A stretch of DNA of 64,000 nucleotides from the NCBI GenBank assembly GCA_965198225.1, contig CBDAOY010000006.1, positions 704,001-768,000 of the forward strand, written 5' to 3'. A program made the translations under genes and the position numbers. This stretch comes from Terriglobia bacterium (GTDB taxonomy: Bacteria; Acidobacteriota; Terriglobia; 20CM-2-55-15). The notes beneath the pieces were generated by a model that made no database searches, was not told the origin of the DNA, and saw only the letters and a program-made list of their open reading frames with translations. Shown here piece by piece: positions 20,419-30,958 of this stretch; within the stretch, counting starts at the first letter, position 1; each line of letters starts with the position of its first letter.

Positions 20419-21795
20419 TCATACTTCGCGGGCTACCTGGATTCGTCGATCGATTTCCGGGACGCGGGCCTGTTGGGAGAGCCACCAGTTTTCGTCCAAC
20501 TGCCGGTCGAGTTCGTCGAGGGTCCGGCCCTGCTGTTCAACCCAGGTGTAGTACTTCAGGTTGTGCCACTGGCGTCGCTGTCCCGGCGTGCCGTCCTTGA
20601 TCCACTGCGTCCCCTGTCCCCGGAAGATGTCAATTCGCTTGATCGCTTCGCCCTCATCCATGGGGCCGAAACGATCCGGCATGGCGGCCATCACCGAGCC
20701 GTACCGGTCGATCGCATCGGTGCAGATCGTCACAATCGTGTCGGCCTGTCCAAGCCGGTAATGCCTGGCGGTCTTGATCGCACCCAGGACGTTACAGACG
20801 CCGCTGATGCCGAAGATGGCGGCCAGCAGATCCACCCTCTGTCTGTCGATCTCGAAGTTCTCTTCCAGGACCTTGCGGCCGACCTCGTCCGTCAGCAGCT
20901 GCAACCCCTTCAAACACTCGGTATCGTCGACGCACATGATAGCGTCCATGTTCGTCACATGGTGGATCCATGTGACGTGTTTGTCTCCGATTCCCTGGAT
21001 CTCGTGAGATCCGTAGCCGTTGTCGTAGAGAGTGGAGCATTGGACTGGCTCCAGCCCGACGATCTTTGCGTCGGACCACTCCTGCTTGATCCTGTCGCCG
21101 GCCGCAATCGTTCCGGCCGAACCCATCGCGCTGCAAAAGGCGGCGATCCTCCCGTTTCCGATTCCCACCGCGGCCAGCTCCGCAGCCAGTTCGACGATCG
21201 TGTTGCCGGTGACGTAGTAGTGAAACCGGTAGTTGCCCATCACCTCGAACTGGTTCATGACTCGAACCTGGGGATCGTCTTCGAGCTCCCGCACCTTCTC
21301 ATAGATCTCCCGGACGTTGCTCTCGCTGCCGGGGGTCTTGATGATTCGAGCGCCGTAGCCTTCGATCTGCTCGAAGCGTTCCCGGCTCATGCCTTCCGGC
21401 AGGACCACCAGGCTGTCGAACCCCATCCGGCAACCGACCCAGGCGCCACCGATTCCGTAGTTGCCCGTCGATGGCCAGACCAGGGTGTGGATCGCCGGAT
21501 CGACTTCACCGACCGTCTCCATCTCGACGGCAACGGCGTATGCGGCCCCGACTTTGTGGGAGCCGGTCGGGAAATCGACCGAGTAGAGGACCACAACGGT
21601 CGCATCGACACCCGTAAGCTCGGACGGCAGGACGATATGTCGGACCCGGTTCGTGCCATCCCGCCAACTGATGTTGTACAGGTTGATCGGATCGAGCGGA
21701 TCAGCGACGAGAGCTTCCAGAGCCGCCGCGCGTGTTCCGGTAGCGATCGTATCCGGATGGAGCATCTCCTCGAACGTGGGTCCGGCGAACTTCAC
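20419..21795 (-). CDS. PLP-dependent cysteine-synthase-like enzyme
   Basis: TGSHKVG, STGNYG, GSAGT, IQGIG. Confidence 0.85.
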   Translation of the reverse strand: MKFAGPTFEEMLHPDTIATGTRAAALEALVADPLDPINLYNISWRDGTNRVRHIVLPSELTGVDATVVVLYSVDFPTGSHKVGAAYAVAVEMETVGEVDPAIHTLVWPSTGNYGIGGAWVGCRMGFDSLVVLPEGMSRERFEQIEGYGARIIKTPGSESNVREIYEKVRELEDDPQVRVMNQFEVMGNYRFHYYVTGNTIVELAAELAAVGIGNGRIAAFCSAMGSAGTIAAGDRIKQEWSDAKIVGLEPVQCSTLYDNGYGSHEIQGIGDKHVTWIHHVTNMDAIMCVDDTECLKGLQLLTDEVGRKVLEENFEIDRQRVDLLAAIFGISGVCNVLGAIKTARHYRLGQADTIVTICTDAIDRYGSVMAAMPDRFGPMDEGEAIKRIDIFRGQGTQWIKDGTPGQRRQWHNLKYYTWVEQQGRTLDELDRQLDENWWLSQQARVPEIDRRIQVAREV

Positions 21796-21838
21796 GGAAC
21801 CTTTATAACGCAGGCGGAGTCGTGTAGAGAAAGATCAA

Positions 21839-21900
21839 ACCACGGAGGCGCAGAGACTCGGAATTTCTGTTCTTCCTCCGTGACTCCGAGCCTCCGTGGT
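21839..21900. repeat. ACCACGGAG...CTCCGTGGT hairpin repeat, family C
   Basis: Related copies at 22722-22772 and 24600-24665. Confidence 0.75.
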
Positions 21901-21925
21901 AGTTTCTTCCTTCTACTCGTTAGAT

Positions 21926-22339
21926 TCAGGCCGCAAGCAGGGTCTCGAGTTCTCCAAGCTCCGAGTCCCAGCCGCCGGTGTTGTCCTTGAAATGCTCCTC
22001 AGTTTTGAAACCCGACTCTCGCAGCTCGAGCAGCGTGCCCCCGTTTTCGAGCGGAGTGAGGAACCACTCGACAAGTGTCGAGCCGGCTTCGGAGAACCCC
22101 TTGCCGGGTGAGTGGGCCATCCAGCGCCAGGAGATGCGACGGGGAGCCTCGACGTTCTCGATACGCATGGCGAAGCGCCCATGCTTCTCCCAGCCGAACC
22201 ATCCTTCGCTTCCCGGTGTCAGGCTGAATTCCGCGCTGTCACCGAACCATTGTGCGACTTCCGTCGGGTCGGTGATCGCCCTCCAGACACGATCGGCCGG
22301 CGCCTTCAGTTCCAGCTTCTTCTCAATCGTCATCGTCAT
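21926..22339 (-). CDS. SRPBCC/AHSA1 domain protein
   Basis: APADRVWRAITDP...WF, TLLELRESGF, GGW. Confidence 0.88.
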   Translation of the reverse strand: MTMTIEKKLELKAPADRVWRAITDPTEVAQWFGDSAEFSLTPGSEGWFGWEKHGRFAMRIENVEAPRRISWRWMAHSPGKGFSEAGSTLVEWFLTPLENGGTLLELRESGFKTEEHFKDNTGGWDSELGELETLLAA

Positions 22340-22649
22340 CAGTCCGCTCCCTGTCGAGGTATTCACGTAGGTTCTCCAGACGCCGATCCCATTCCGCCGC
22401 GTACGGTGCGAGCCAGGTATCGAGCTTTTGAAGGGGTTCGGTTTTCAATCGGTGGAGCCTTTCCCGTCCGCGCCATTCCTGTTCGATCAAACCCGCCTCA
22501 GAAAGCAGGTTCAGGTGTTTGGTCACCGCCTGGCGGCTCATCGGTAGCGGTCCCGCTAGCTCGTTGACCGATTGCGAGCCGCTCCGACGCAACCGTTCGA
22601 GAATCTGCCTGCGGGTCGGATCGGCCACGGCCGCAAAGACATCCAGCAT
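22323..22649 (-). CDS. ArsR/SmtB family regulator
   Basis: FAAVADPTRRQIL, SRQAVTKHL, GRER. Confidence 0.9.
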   Translation of the reverse strand: MLDVFAAVADPTRRQILERLRRSGSQSVNELAGPLPMSRQAVTKHLNLLSEAGLIEQEWRGRERLHRLKTEPLQKLDTWLAPYAAEWDRRLENLREYLDRERTDDDDD

Positions 22650-22657
22650 TGAGAATC

Positions 22658-22687
22658 ATGATATGCAACCATATAGTTGCATGTCAA
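22658..22687 (-). promoter_or_regulatory. Sigma70-type promoter with palindromic operator (probable ArsR autoregulation)
   Basis: TTGACA-N18-TATCAT on the minus strand, enclosing ATGCAAC-N6-GTTGCAT (22663-22682). Confidence 0.7.
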
Positions 22688-22770
22688 GCGGCTGAAGTAG
22701 AAGGCGTCATAGGAAAAGATGAACCACGGAGACACAGAGCTTCCATTTCATGTCCTCCGAGTCTCCGTGG

Positions 22771-24045
22771 TTATATCCGATTCGCGACCTGCTCGATCAG
22801 TTGCACCGCCTTCGAGACACCGTCTTCGTTCCGCATCCGCTGCCCGAGCAGATCCGCCTTCGACCGCATCTCGGGTTTGTCCAGAACCGTGCGGAGTCGC
22901 GCCGCAAGTCGATGGGCGGTCAGCTTCTTGATGGGCAAGGGCTTGGGAGCGACGCCCAGTCGCTTGAGCTCCTCTGCCCAGAAGAACTGATCCGCGACGT
23001 GCGGTATGACGACGGAAGGTACGCCGGCCTGCAGGGTGGACTGGGTGGTTCCGGCCCCACCGTGGTGAACGACCAGTGCGCAGCGAGGGAGCACCAGGCG
23101 GTGGTCGACGAACGAAGCGTGGTGGATTGCGTCGTTTGCCGGCAGGTGAGGTATCGCATCTTCCCGAACCTGCACGACGGCCCGGCCCCCTGCAAGCCGG
23201 ATCGCCTCGTGGAATACCCTCACCAGAGGGAGCAAGTGCTCCATCTGGCGGGGCGTCATGCTGCCGAGGGAGATGAAGGCCGGTCGGTCGCCAGCTTCGA
23301 GGAACTCGTTCAGTTCAGCCGGCAAATCACCCGCATCGGTCTCAGGCAGATTGAAGAAGCCCACGACATGGTGGCGGTCGTCCCAGTCATCGGGTCGTTC
23401 GCTGATCGTCGGGCTGACGGCGACCAGATTCAAATCCCGTCCCACCCACGCCTCCCGAAGAAGATCTTCTAGCGGCGCCAGGCCTTCTCGCTCTCGCGTG
23501 GCGTTCACGGCCGCCAGGAAATTCCGATTCAACATCCATCGCACGATCCACCACGCTACCCGGTTCGAAAATCGACCGAGGTTGGGAAAACCGGCGGGGC
23601 AGATCTCAGGAGACGGGATCGTGTTATGGACCAGCGACACCGTGATTTCCGGGACACCGAGTTTCGCGGCGGCTGTCTGCATGGGATGCAGGAAGAAATG
23701 ACGAATGACGAGATCGCTCGTGCGACACAGTGCGAGGGAAGCTTCCAACATCTCCGGAACCTTCAGTTCGAACAGGTCGTTGATGATGATCTTCGCCTGC
23801 TTGAGCGGGTTGGGTGCTTTGAGGAAGGCCATCCCGACTCGATCCATTTCCTCCGGCGGGAGAACCGGAGTCGCAACCGGCGTCAGCCGGAACCCCGATT
23901 CACGGGCAATCTTGCTGTAGTCCAGATCCAGGAGGTCGGTCGCACAGAGATGGACCTCGTGACCAGCCTTGCTCAGGCCAGCCCCCAGCGCGATGAAGGG
24001 GTTGATGTCACCACGACTTCCCCAGGTCTGAATCCCAATACGCAT
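22771..24045 (-). CDS. GT1-family (sterol/UDP) glycosyltransferase
   Basis: GSRGDINP, VHHGGAGTT, PHVADQFFWA. Confidence 0.9.
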   Translation of the reverse strand: MRIGIQTWGSRGDINPFIALGAGLSKAGHEVHLCATDLLDLDYSKIARESGFRLTPVATPVLPPEEMDRVGMAFLKAPNPLKQAKIIINDLFELKVPEMLEASLALCRTSDLVIRHFFLHPMQTAAAKLGVPEITVSLVHNTIPSPEICPAGFPNLGRFSNRVAWWIVRWMLNRNFLAAVNATREREGLAPLEDLLREAWVGRDLNLVAVSPTISERPDDWDDRHHVVGFFNLPETDAGDLPAELNEFLEAGDRPAFISLGSMTPRQMEHLLPLVRVFHEAIRLAGGRAVVQVREDAIPHLPANDAIHHASFVDHRLVLPRCALVVHHGGAGTTQSTLQAGVPSVVIPHVADQFFWAEELKRLGVAPKPLPIKKLTAHRLAARLRTVLDKPEMRSKADLLGQRMRNEDGVSKAVQLIEQVANRI

Positions 24046-24051
24046 GCCGGT

Positions 24052-24414
24052 TCAGGATTCCAAGGGGAGGTTGGCGATCTCCTTCTGCACTTTCTTGGGG
24101 AGTTTCGAAACGACGAGGTCGTAGGATTGCTGTATCAGCCGTTCGATTTCGGCGCGATCGAGGCCACACTCATCGGGCTGGATCTGGACCCATTTTGCTC
24201 GAGCCAGGTAAGGGGCCGGGCGGATGCCGGGCATTTCGGTCAGCTCGTGGAAATTCTCGTCGCTGCATTTGAATGAGTAGCCCAGACCGGGCTCGAGTCC
24301 GGGGACAAGAAACATCTTCTTGGCCACCTTGAACACGAGGTCGTCGTCCCATTGGACCTGCTCGGTGGTTCCCGGCAGGGACAGGCAGATTCCCCGGATC
24401 TGATCGATGTTCAT
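24052..24414 (-). CDS. MmcQ/YjbR family DNA-binding protein
   Basis: LVFKVAKKMF, PAPYLAR, SYDLVVSKLPKK. Confidence 0.88.
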   Translation of the reverse strand: MNIDQIRGICLSLPGTTEQVQWDDDLVFKVAKKMFLVPGLEPGLGYSFKCSDENFHELTEMPGIRPAPYLARAKWVQIQPDECGLDRAEIERLIQQSYDLVVSKLPKKVQKEIANLPLES

Positions 24415-24692
24415 CGAAACCGTTTCCCGCCCAGAGGGGTATTGATCATCTGCAGATTGTGCACGCATTCGAGGCGACCGTGAAGCAGATTGTCGCCGGG
24501 ACCGGACACCCCGTTTGACCTCTGCCGTTGCTTGACTTCAAGACCGAGGTCCGTGGGATACTTTCGTGCCAATCCTAGGAGATGTCTGAAGAGAAGATGA
24601 ACCACGGAGGCACAGAGGCACGGAGGTTTCTATTTTCATCCTCCGCGTCTCCGCGACTCCGTGGTTAAGGACAGACTGTCGGGAGGGTCAGA

Positions 24693-27062
24693 ATGCTACC
24701 GCGCATGAATCGAATCCGTCATCGAATGCTCGCGATCTTGCTGGTGAGCTCTTTTGTCTCGGTTCCAGGCTTTGCCCAACAGGTAGGCGCGCTCAGCGGG
24801 GCCGACTACGAGCGTGCCGAGCAGTTCCTCGGGTACAACACCAACCCGCTGGTGTTGCGTTCCGGCGTGCGCCCAAGCTGGCTCGAAGACGAGCGCTTCT
24901 GGTACCGCATCACGACAGGGCGCGGAGACGAGTTCATACTCATCGATCCGGCGGATGGAACGCGCGGACCCGCCTTCGATCATGCGCGCCTCGCGTCGGC
25001 CCTCTCCGAGGCCGCAGGCGAGAGCTATGAGGCCTTCGACCTTCCGTTTACCACGTTCGAATTCTCCGAAGCCGGCGGATCCGTCTCGTTTCGCGCCGCT
25101 GAGCGGAACTGGGAATGCGACCTCGAAGCGGGTCGTTGCGTCGAAGACGAAGCGGCCGGACGTTCCCGCGGGGGAAGCCGTGGAGGACGTGGCGGACGCG
25201 GAGGCGGGCCGCCTCCAAGCGTCGCCTCTCCGGACGGCAAGCGTGCAGTGTTCATTCGAGACTGGAATCTCTGGGTCCGGGAAGTTGAGGGCGGGGAAGA
25301 GACCCAACTGACCACCGATGGCATCGAAGACTACGGTTACGCTACCGACAACGCCGGATGGCGGAAGAGCGACCGACCGATCGTGGTGTGGTCCCCGGAT
25401 TCGAAGAAGGTCGCAACTTTTCAGCAGGACCAGCGCAACACGGGCGAGATGTACCTTGTCGACACCTCGGTAGGGCATCCTACCCTCCAGGCGTGGAAGT
25501 ACCCACTGCCTGGGGATGAGGAGATCACGATGATCGAACGGGTCGTCGTCGACGTCGAGAACCCGCGCGTGATCCGCTTCTTGATGGAACGCGATCAGCA
25601 CCGGTCCACGTTGTGTGACGACCTCCCGTGTCGCGGCAGTTGGCGCGATGTGCAGTGGAGCCCGGACAGTTCGGAAGTCGCCTTCGCTTCGACCTCGAGA
25701 GATCACAAGATCACCCGCCTTCGGGTCGCGGGTTCGTCGAGCGGCGAGGTGCGCGACGTTCTCGTCGAGACGGTCGAGACGTTCTTCGAGTCCGGAGACG
25801 GTGCCGTGAACTGGCACTTCCTGCCGGAGTCGAACGAAGTGATCTGGTTCTCTGAGCGCGACAACTGGGGTCACCTCTACCTCTATGATCTCGCGACCGG
25901 ACGCCTGAAGACCCCGATCACGCGCGGCGACGGCAACGTTACACAGGTGTTACGCGTCGACGAAGAAAACCGGATGATCTACTTCGTCGGCGTCGGCCGC
26001 GAAAGCGGACGCAATCCCTATTACCGCCATCTTTACCGCACGGGGTTTGACGGCGGCGACGCAGAGCTGCTTACAGAGGAGGATGCGGATCACAGCATCG
26101 CGGTCTCCCCTTCAGGACGGTTCTTCGTCGACAGCTTTTCGAAACCGGATGTCCCGGCGATCGCCGTGTTACGCGACGCCGATGGCGAACGGCTCATGAC
26201 CCTGGAGGAGGCAGACACAACCCGCCTGACGGCGACGGGTTGGAAGCCTCCGATTCCGTTTGTGGTCAAGGCACGTGACGGCGAGACCGATATCTACGGG
26301 ATGATGTTTCGGCCGACGAACTTCGACCCCAATCGAAAATACCCAATCATCAACAACATCTACCCGGGGCCCCAGTCGGGAAGCATCCGGGGCTGGAGCT
26401 TCTCCCCCGCGCGTGGGGACACCCAGGCGATCGCCGAGCTGGGTTTCATCGTGGTCCAGATCGATGGCATGGGAACTCCGGGTCGCTCGAAAGAGTTCCA
26501 CGAGGCCTACTACGGCGACATGGGCGACAACACGCTGCCCGACCAGGTGACCGGAATGCAACAGCTCGGAGAACGGTATTCCTGGATCGACATCGATCGT
26601 GCCGGAATCTACGGGCATTCCGGCGGCGGCTTCGCGACGAGCGGCGCCATGTTCCACTACCCCGACTTCTTCAAAGTCGGCGTGTCCCAGGCGGGGAACC
26701 ATGACAACCGCGTCTACGAGGACGACTGGGGGGAGAAGTGGCAGGGTCTCCTGACCCGCAACGAAGACGGTACCGACAGCTACGATAACCAGGCGAACCA
26801 GAACTTCGCGAAGAACCTCAAAGGCAAACTGCTGCTCGCCCACGGCACCCTCGACGACAACGTGCCCTACTACAGCACCCTGCTCGTCGTGGACGCGCTG
26901 ATCGAGGCCAACAAGGATTTCGATCTGATCCTGCTGCCGAACCGGCGGCACGGTTTCGGGAACGAGCCCTACATGATGCGACGCCGTTGGGACTACTTCG
27001 TCGAGCACCTCATGGGTGCCCAACCGCCCGACGACTACGAGTTCAGCCCCCCGGTGAATTGA
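24693..27062 (+). CDS. Dipeptidyl peptidase IV-like S9 peptidase
   Basis: Signal peptide, beta-propeller, GHSGGG, HGTLDDNV, RRHG. Confidence 0.92.
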   Translation: MLPRMNRIRHRMLAILLVSSFVSVPGFAQQVGALSGADYERAEQFLGYNTNPLVLRSGVRPSWLEDERFWYRITTGRGDEFILIDPADGTRGPAFDHARLASALSEAAGESYEAFDLPFTTFEFSEAGGSVSFRAAERNWECDLEAGRCVEDEAAGRSRGGSRGGRGGRGGGPPPSVASPDGKRAVFIRDWNLWVREVEGGEETQLTTDGIEDYGYATDNAGWRKSDRPIVVWSPDSKKVATFQQDQRNTGEMYLVDTSVGHPTLQAWKYPLPGDEEITMIERVVVDVENPRVIRFLMERDQHRSTLCDDLPCRGSWRDVQWSPDSSEVAFASTSRDHKITRLRVAGSSSGEVRDVLVETVETFFESGDGAVNWHFLPESNEVIWFSERDNWGHLYLYDLATGRLKTPITRGDGNVTQVLRVDEENRMIYFVGVGRESGRNPYYRHLYRTGFDGGDAELLTEEDADHSIAVSPSGRFFVDSFSKPDVPAIAVLRDADGERLMTLEEADTTRLTATGWKPPIPFVVKARDGETDIYGMMFRPTNFDPNRKYPIINNIYPGPQSGSIRGWSFSPARGDTQAIAELGFIVVQIDGMGTPGRSKEFHEAYYGDMGDNTLPDQVTGMQQLGERYSWIDIDRAGIYGHSGGGFATSGAMFHYPDFFKVGVSQAGNHDNRVYEDDWGEKWQGLLTRNEDGTDSYDNQANQNFAKNLKGKLLLAHGTLDDNVPYYSTLLVVDALIEANKDFDLILLPNRRHGFGNEPYMMRRRWDYFVEHLMGAQPPDDYEFSPPVN

Positions 27063-27089
27063 GTCCAGATTCTCAACGATAGGACTGGC

Positions 27090-27166
27090 AGGCTGCTGAA
27101 AAACTCAGTCTTTCGGCAGTCTGCGGCGATGCTGAGAAAAGCCATGGAAGGCTTTTTCAGCATCCT
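27090..27166. mobile_element. Short MITE-like element with 14-bp terminal inverted repeats
   Basis: AGGCTGCTGAAAAA ... TTTTTCAGCATCCT (13/14 match). Confidence 0.5.
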
Positions 27167-27267
27167 AACTAGTCGCCTGATGAGAGTCATTAGTGGCAAA
27201 CACGGGTGAAGGCCCGTGATAAATTTTAGCTGCTAAAGGGGATTCCGCTTCTAATCTAAGTTAAGCC

Positions 27268-28629
27268 ATGCCCTACGTACCCGGATTCGACTACGACATC
27301 TTCGTCAGCTATGCGGCGGGCGACAACGATCAGGGAGTCGTGGAGCAGTTTGTCGCCACGTTAGAAAAGCAGATCTCCGACAATCTGGTAAACGCTTTCT
27401 CGAAGGAGAAAGTCCGGATCTACTTTGACCGCCAGCGGTTGGGCACTCCAGCCGGCGTCAATTGGGAGGAGCACCTGAAGGCGGCGGCGTCTTCTTCGGC
27501 CATTCTGGTTCCGTTGCTGTCGCCGAACTACCTGAGCTCCCATTACTGCAGCAAGGAGCGGGCCTGGTTCGGCACGCAACCGCATGTGGCCCAGGGTTGT
27601 CCATACGCGGTGGCGGGCTGGGTCCCCATTGGCGAGCATCCGCAACCCCGGGAGCTTGAAAAGGCCCAGCGGCATCCGGCCGGGGATTCGTGGCTGGCTC
27701 TGGCGCCGCCCGAAGATCGGCTCGAAAGCTGCAACGAATTTGCCCTCAAGTTGCGCGACGCCCTCGTGGAGATGCGGGCATCGGTAAGCGCCGTGTTCCT
27801 GGGCCCGGCCGCCGAGGGCCGCGGGGCGGCAGTGCGCAGCCGCCTCCGGGATGAGCTCGAGGTATCCGGTCACCGTGTCGTGCCGGTCCCCGACTTCGTG
27901 TACGAAAACGCCGAGGCAGTGCGAGCCGACCTGAATTCGTCGTTGCTTGCGATCCATTTCCCGGGCGATGGCCTGGATCTGGAAGGACTGATGGCCATCG
28001 AAGAGTCCTTCACGTCGGCGCCGAAGACGCTGCTCGTTCAACCCATCGGTTCCGCCCTATCCGACGACGAAGCCGCTCTGCTCGAAGAGATCGATGCCGG
28101 GTTGGTCCGTGGCGGACGCTTCGCTGGAGCGGCGTATTCCAGGTTCGCCGGCAAGAGCGACGATCAGATCTGGGAAGTGGTTCGCCGGGAGGTGCGGGCG
28201 GCCCGGTTCCAGAAAAACAAGAGCGAGTTTGCCGTGGGTATCGCGTGCGAGGCGGGCGATCTTTCCGGTGCGAAGGCCTTGGCGGCGCTCATCGGTGAAT
28301 TGGGCGTGCCGACACGGTATCCGTCGTTTGAAACCGCCACAAGCATCACCGAGAAGTTGAAGGCGCTGCGTGACACCATCACGGAGAGCCCGGCGCTGAT
28401 CTGTTACTGGGCGGCGTCGGCCGGGACCGGTCTCGAAAAGCGGCTGGCGCAGGATGCCCGCCGCCGGTACAAGGCCAGGGCCTGGTATCTGGGTCCGCCC
28501 CTGGATGCTCCGGCCAAAACGAATTTCACCCGGACGAACGAATTGGTCCTCCGCCAGGCGGCGGACACCGCGGATCTGACCGTGCTGGAACCATTCCTCC
28601 GGGAGTTGGGTTGGGAGCCCAAGGCATGA
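27268..28629 (+). CDS. TIR-domain protein with uncharacterised C-terminal region
   Basis: YDIFVSYA, IYFDR, LLSPNYLSSHYCSKE with the putative catalytic Glu. Confidence 0.85.
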   Translation: MPYVPGFDYDIFVSYAAGDNDQGVVEQFVATLEKQISDNLVNAFSKEKVRIYFDRQRLGTPAGVNWEEHLKAAASSSAILVPLLSPNYLSSHYCSKERAWFGTQPHVAQGCPYAVAGWVPIGEHPQPRELEKAQRHPAGDSWLALAPPEDRLESCNEFALKLRDALVEMRASVSAVFLGPAAEGRGAAVRSRLRDELEVSGHRVVPVPDFVYENAEAVRADLNSSLLAIHFPGDGLDLEGLMAIEESFTSAPKTLLVQPIGSALSDDEAALLEEIDAGLVRGGRFAGAAYSRFAGKSDDQIWEVVRREVRAARFQKNKSEFAVGIACEAGDLSGAKALAALIGELGVPTRYPSFETATSITEKLKALRDTITESPALICYWAASAGTGLEKRLAQDARRRYKARAWYLGPPLDAPAKTNFTRTNELVLRQAADTADLTVLEPFLRELGWEPKA

Positions 28630-30507
28630 CGCCGAGCGCGATCCCACATAATCCTTACCCGGGCCTTCGTCCGTTCAAGCCGGAAGAGTCGACCCTCTTT
28701 TTTGGCCGCGACGAGCAGATCGGCGAAGCGCTGGACCGGCTGATGCGGCAGAAGCTGCTGGCCGTGGTGGGTGTGTCGGGCTGTGGCAAGAGCTCGCTGG
28801 TCACCGCGGGTATGGTGCCGGCGCTCGAGATGGGTCTGGCGGGCGACCCGGCTCAGCAGTGGCGGATCGAGATCATGCGGCCCGGCGACGGTCCGTTACG
28901 CGAACTGGAACGCTGTCTGGGCTTTGACAGCGGGCCGCTGGTCGAGCGGACCTATGGCCTCCGGGAGGCTGTGAAAGCGAATCTGCCGGAGGCCCAGAAC
29001 CTGCTGCTGGTTGTGGATCAGTTCGAGGAGATCTTCCCCTTTCGCGATCGTATGCGGGAAGGCGGAGGCACCGAGGCCGATCTCTTCGTCAGTTACATGC
29101 TGAGCGCCGCGCAACAGCCGGCCGCCCGGATCTACATCATTCTCACCATGCGGTCGGACTACCTGGGTGAATGCGCCAGGTTCCATGGACTCCCAGAGGC
29201 CCTGAACGACGGCCAGTATCTGGTGCCGCGCATGACGCGTTCGCAGTTGCAGGAGGCGATCGAGAACCCGCTGGGGGGGGATCGAGAGCGCCGACGGCGA
29301 GTCGGTCGAGTTCCATCCGGGTCTGGTCCAGAAGCTGCTGAACGACTGCGACGAAGAACCCGACAACCTTCCGCTGCTGCAGCATCTGCTGCGCCGGTTG
29401 TTTGAACAGTGGCAGGATGCGGGCGCCCGAGGGCAGATCACGCCGGCGATGGCCAGGGACGTCGGAGAACTCGCCGACGCCCTCAACCAGGATGCGGACA
29501 CGGTTTTCAAGGCGCTTTCGACCGAGCGGCAGGGGATCGCGGAAGTGCTCTTCCGCCGGATTACGGAATCGCGCCAGCAGGCAGGCGGCGCCGAGGACGA
29601 ACGGCCCGTGCGGCGTCCGCAAACCGTCGCCCGTCTGGCAGAACTGGCGCAAGTACCCGTGTCCGAGCTGCGCGCCGTGGTGGATCCCTTCGACGAGCGG
29701 GGGCTGCTGGTATTGCGGGCGACGGACGAAGGCGACAAGGTCGACCTCCCCCACGAGTGCCTATGCCCGAAGTGGAACCGGCTGCGGCAGTGGATCGAAG
29801 ACGAAGCGCAGGATGCCAAGGCTCTGCGCTTTCTTCGAGACTCGGTCGGCAAGAGCCACCTCACCGGCTCCGCCCTGGCGGAAGCGGTCGGCTGGCAGGA
29901 CGCGGGCCGGCTGAAGGCCGCCTGGGGCGAGCGCTACTTGAGCCGCGAAAGCGTCCGCGAGGTGGGTGCCTGGGTCACCGGGAGTCGGCGCAGGGCCCGG
30001 GCGACTCAAATCATCCTCGCCGTCGCAGCCGTCGCGGCCATCGTAGGCCTGGGAGGGATGGCCTACTACCAGACAGTGATCGCACAGCAACAGGAAGACC
30101 AACTGATCGCTCAGCAACAGCAGTTGTTCGATGCCGCGATCGTCGTCGACGACCAAACGACCCGGGAGGACCAAAAACATCTGTGGTGGATACGCTTTGA
30201 TAACAGTCGAGACCCTGACTACGGCTCGGACATCAACTGGGATGAAGCAATGGCGTACTGCGATCAGCTATCGCTGCTTGACTATCGAGGTTGGCGACTC
30301 CCGACGATCGACGAACTGGTAGCGATCTGGAACCCAGCCACTAGGTCCAGCCGCTTGCCAATGGCGACTCCCGTGTATGCGTGGAGTTCTGATTTGGAAG
30401 GGTCGGGCTCCGCGTGGCTCTTCTTCTTCCACGACGGCTACCGGCTCTCGAGCTCGGTCGTCTCCCCCTACTTCCGCGCCTTGTGCGTGCGCGTTCCGGA
30501 TGAATGA
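28626..30507 (+). CDS. nSTAND1-like ATPase + TM helix + Lcl/DUF1566 (C-type-lectin fold) DGR target; split by a G8 tract at 29273-29280
   Basis: NPYPGLRPF, FFGRD, GVSGCGKSSL, VVDQFEE, MRSDY; after the shift LPLLQHLLRRL, HECL..W.RL..W, TM helix, NWDEAMAYC, WRLPTIDEL, ALCVR. Confidence 0.85.
30398..30500 (+). repeat. DGR variable repeat (VR)
   Basis: Matches TR 31078-31183 with 18 substitutions at TR adenines, 1 non-A mismatch and one 3-nt gap. Confidence 0.92.
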
Positions 30508-30568
30508 TGTGGGTGATTGGGTGATTTGATTATTTCTTTTGTGCAGTCGAACTGAAAAGGTTATCGCG

Positions 30569-30958
30569 ATGGCGCGCTACGAGCACCTGCCGATCTACAA
30601 ACGGACGCTGGACTTGCTGCTCTATTTCGAGAAGATCGTCCCGAAGTTCTCCCGCTACGACAAGTACACCATCGGTACCGACCTGAGAAACACGACGCGA
30701 TCCGTCCTGAAGTTGATTGTTCGCGCCAACAGCAGCCGGGACAAGCGGCCGGTGCTTGAGGAAATCCGCACCGAATTGGAGGAGCTGATGATTCTGGTGC
30801 GCGTGGCCAAAGAGGTCCGGGCGTTCGAGAATCTGAACTCCTATCAGTATTCTGCCGGCGAGATCATAGAGATCAGCCGGCAGAATGAGGGGTGGCTGAG
30901 AAGTCTGGAACGGAAACAACCAGAATCATCCTCTCGATCACAACCGGTAGAGAGATGA
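30569..30958 (+). CDS. avd: DGR accessory protein Avd (four-helix bundle)
   Basis: HLPIYK...FSRYDKYTIGTDLR...EISRQNEGWLR; lies between VR and TR. Confidence 0.85.
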   Translation: MARYEHLPIYKRTLDLLLYFEKIVPKFSRYDKYTIGTDLRNTTRSVLKLIVRANSSRDKRPVLEEIRTELEELMILVRVAKEVRAFENLNSYQYSAGEIIEISRQNEGWLRSLERKQPESSSRSQPVER

